From the NCBI RefSeq assembly GCF_009914755.1, contig NC_060928.1: a DNA stretch of 64,000 nt, one strand, 5' to 3'. The first letter of the stretch is position 1, and each line of letters opens with the position of its first letter. The DNA is from the human T2T-CHM13v2.0 reference genome, Homo sapiens. A program made the position numbers and the translations under genes. The notes under the pieces are model-generated. The model did no database searches. It was not told the origin of the DNA and saw nothing but the letters and a program-made list of their open reading frames with translations. Of this stretch, positions 61,435 to 64,000 are shown in pieces.

Positions 61435-62267
61435 TTACATTCTGCACTCTAGAAATTCTAGAATCAGAGAATTTCTAAAATCAGAAAATTCTAAAGTGGT
61501 CAGTGTCATTAGGCTTATAGCTTTAAACTGTCACTTGCCTCTGGATACTGCAGATGTCCATCCTTTCCACAAGCTGCAATCAATATTTATGATAAGAATT
61601 TCCAAGGACTTATTTGGGCCCCAGTTAACAAGGCTGTTTTATAATACAAGGAGCACTGGACTAGAATTTAGCAGACCTAGGTTTTTGCTTTGACTCTACA
61701 AGTTACAATCACAGGAATTTCTTTCTTAATCAGCAAAATGAGAGGTTTTTAAAGTATTAGTTATTTCCAAGTTGATGAGGGGTTTTGAGAAGATCAATTT
61801 TTTCCAAGTTTTGTTCTTTGGAACAAAATTCTAGGGTTAATAGCATGGGATATTAGTTCAAATGGACCTTCTTCTCTACTTTCCAACCTCACTGTCCCCC
61901 TACAGCTTTATTTATTCACACAAATATCCTAAATACTGAAAATAATTGAGATTAAAAGATCTAGTGTAAATATCCACAAAGAGGTACATTTTTTTTTTCA
62001 AAATCATAAACCAGCTATGTAAACAAAAAATTTTGTTTCAGCTCCACTGTAATCTTGTTAACAATATGGCTTATGTTAACTAAATATTTTTTTAAAAAAG
62101 AAAAGTTTAGTCAAAAGAGCAAATCATCTAACAAATAGACTGCAAGATTAATAGAAGCATGACATGTAGGGGAAAATATGCACCTAAAGTAAATCTCTCT
62201 AAGGAACAAACTAGATAGACTTTATAAATGAAATCAAAGGCAGAAATATTGGGCCTGCTCAAAGTTA

Positions 62268-62730
<463 letters not shown>

Positions 62731-64000
62731 TTCATAGCAGTTGCTAAGAAAAAAAGGTAAAAATGCTGGTTTAACAACTGGTACTATACAGTCACAGTCT
62801 AGAGACTCATTAGCATACTGCCTTTCTAAGCCACACATGAGAAACTGCAAAATGCCCATTTCATACTCTCTCAGAATATTGTATGACAAAACTTAGCCTT
62901 TGTTCAAACTTATCTAATGAACAGCTGCTCTAGCTGTTGGAATACTTTTTCCAGACATGAAATCTGCCCCTAATATTCTGATTTCATTATTTCTACAGAT
63001 GCCAAATACTAGCCCATTTACGCCAGTCTTCATCAGGGAAGAGTATATCATATAGTATAGAAGAGGGGAAAAGCTATGTGGGGCAAGAGAATGATAGCAA
63101 AACGATAGAAGACTAAATACTAGTGAAGTAATAGTGAAATCTAAAGTAATTTTGGCTGGCTCAGACTTGTAAGTTTAAATCTATATTCCTGTAGGAATGA
63201 AGTTATAAATTACAGTAGATTACTAGGTGAAAAGAAAGGATTTTTCAACCAAGTGATGATAAAATCAGAGTTTTGTAAACTCCATAGTTTTCTAAAACAT
63301 CTGTTATAAAGTGGAAAACATTTAAATATCCGTAAATGTTTGAATTTGTTCAATAGAGATAAAAATGGATAGAGGTTATAAAAAAGAGGTCTCAGAAAAC
63401 ATGGTAGTTCTTTCATTTGGTAACAAAAGAAAGCATTGATTGTGGTACCTTTCTTCTGTGGCTCTCTTTGGTTGACATGTGATGCATTGTTTTAGATTAT
63501 TTCCTTAGTAGAAACAAGTGCCTCATCCATCACTTTAAATGGATTCATTAATTACTATTGCTATTTCTACTTAATGTAATTATGTCTTTTATTTGAGAAG
63601 ATTGAAGTCCACAGTTCATAAAACCTATGTTTTAGTGTTGTGTATGTTTATGGAAATAAGTATTTATGAAAAATTGTAGTTTCTGTGATGCAAAAGTTCA
63701 AATACCAATATGATAGTTAAATAAAGCATCATACTTTAAACATTTTACTGCATATATTTTGGTATAAAAATATGGATATATTAGGGTAAAGGTGTACTTT
63801 TACTCTTTAAGTGGTACTTTACTGTTCTTAGCATAAAAATCTTTAAATTTTTTCAGTATATAACTGGAATCTAGAAATTAAAGTTGTTTTTAGAATGCTA
63901 AATTAAAATATAACAGAAACATCAAGTTTTTTCTTTTTTTGGCCAGTGTTTTGTATTTATTTTATTAATATGCTTCTCTGTATCATGGAATTCTATTTTA

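Overview
Primate genomic DNA (human or a close ape; AluY-type elements present). The first ~30 kb is a transposon-dense intergenic region. It holds a MADE1 MITE, a full-length dead HSMAR2 mariner, Tigger2a, MER44, THE1 and ERV1 solo LTRs, two long old L1s and many Alus, heavily nested. From ~30.3 kb the window contains the 5' end of BLTP1 (KIAA1109) on the + strand: a CpG-island promoter with non-coding exon 1 (donor at 30650), a probable 88-nt 5'UTR exon (32092-32179) and four coding exons (48714-48810, 51101-51217, 52639-52717, 53915-53979). These encode the first 119 aa (MDQRKNESIV...NPKQKQH), and the gene continues past the window. Nearly all ORF-track entries are Alu/L1/mariner-derived or chance ORFs. 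I see no convincing new biological system. The best leads are: a layered translational-control architecture in the BLTP1 leader (G4, an in-frame uORF, an overlapping uORF, tandem acceptors); an L1 3' transduction; an orphan polyadenylated retro-insert inside Tigger2a; a de novo 43-bp hairpin; and two local duplications. Repeat subfamily calls come from recalled consensus sequences, and repeat boundaries without a stated TSD are approximate.
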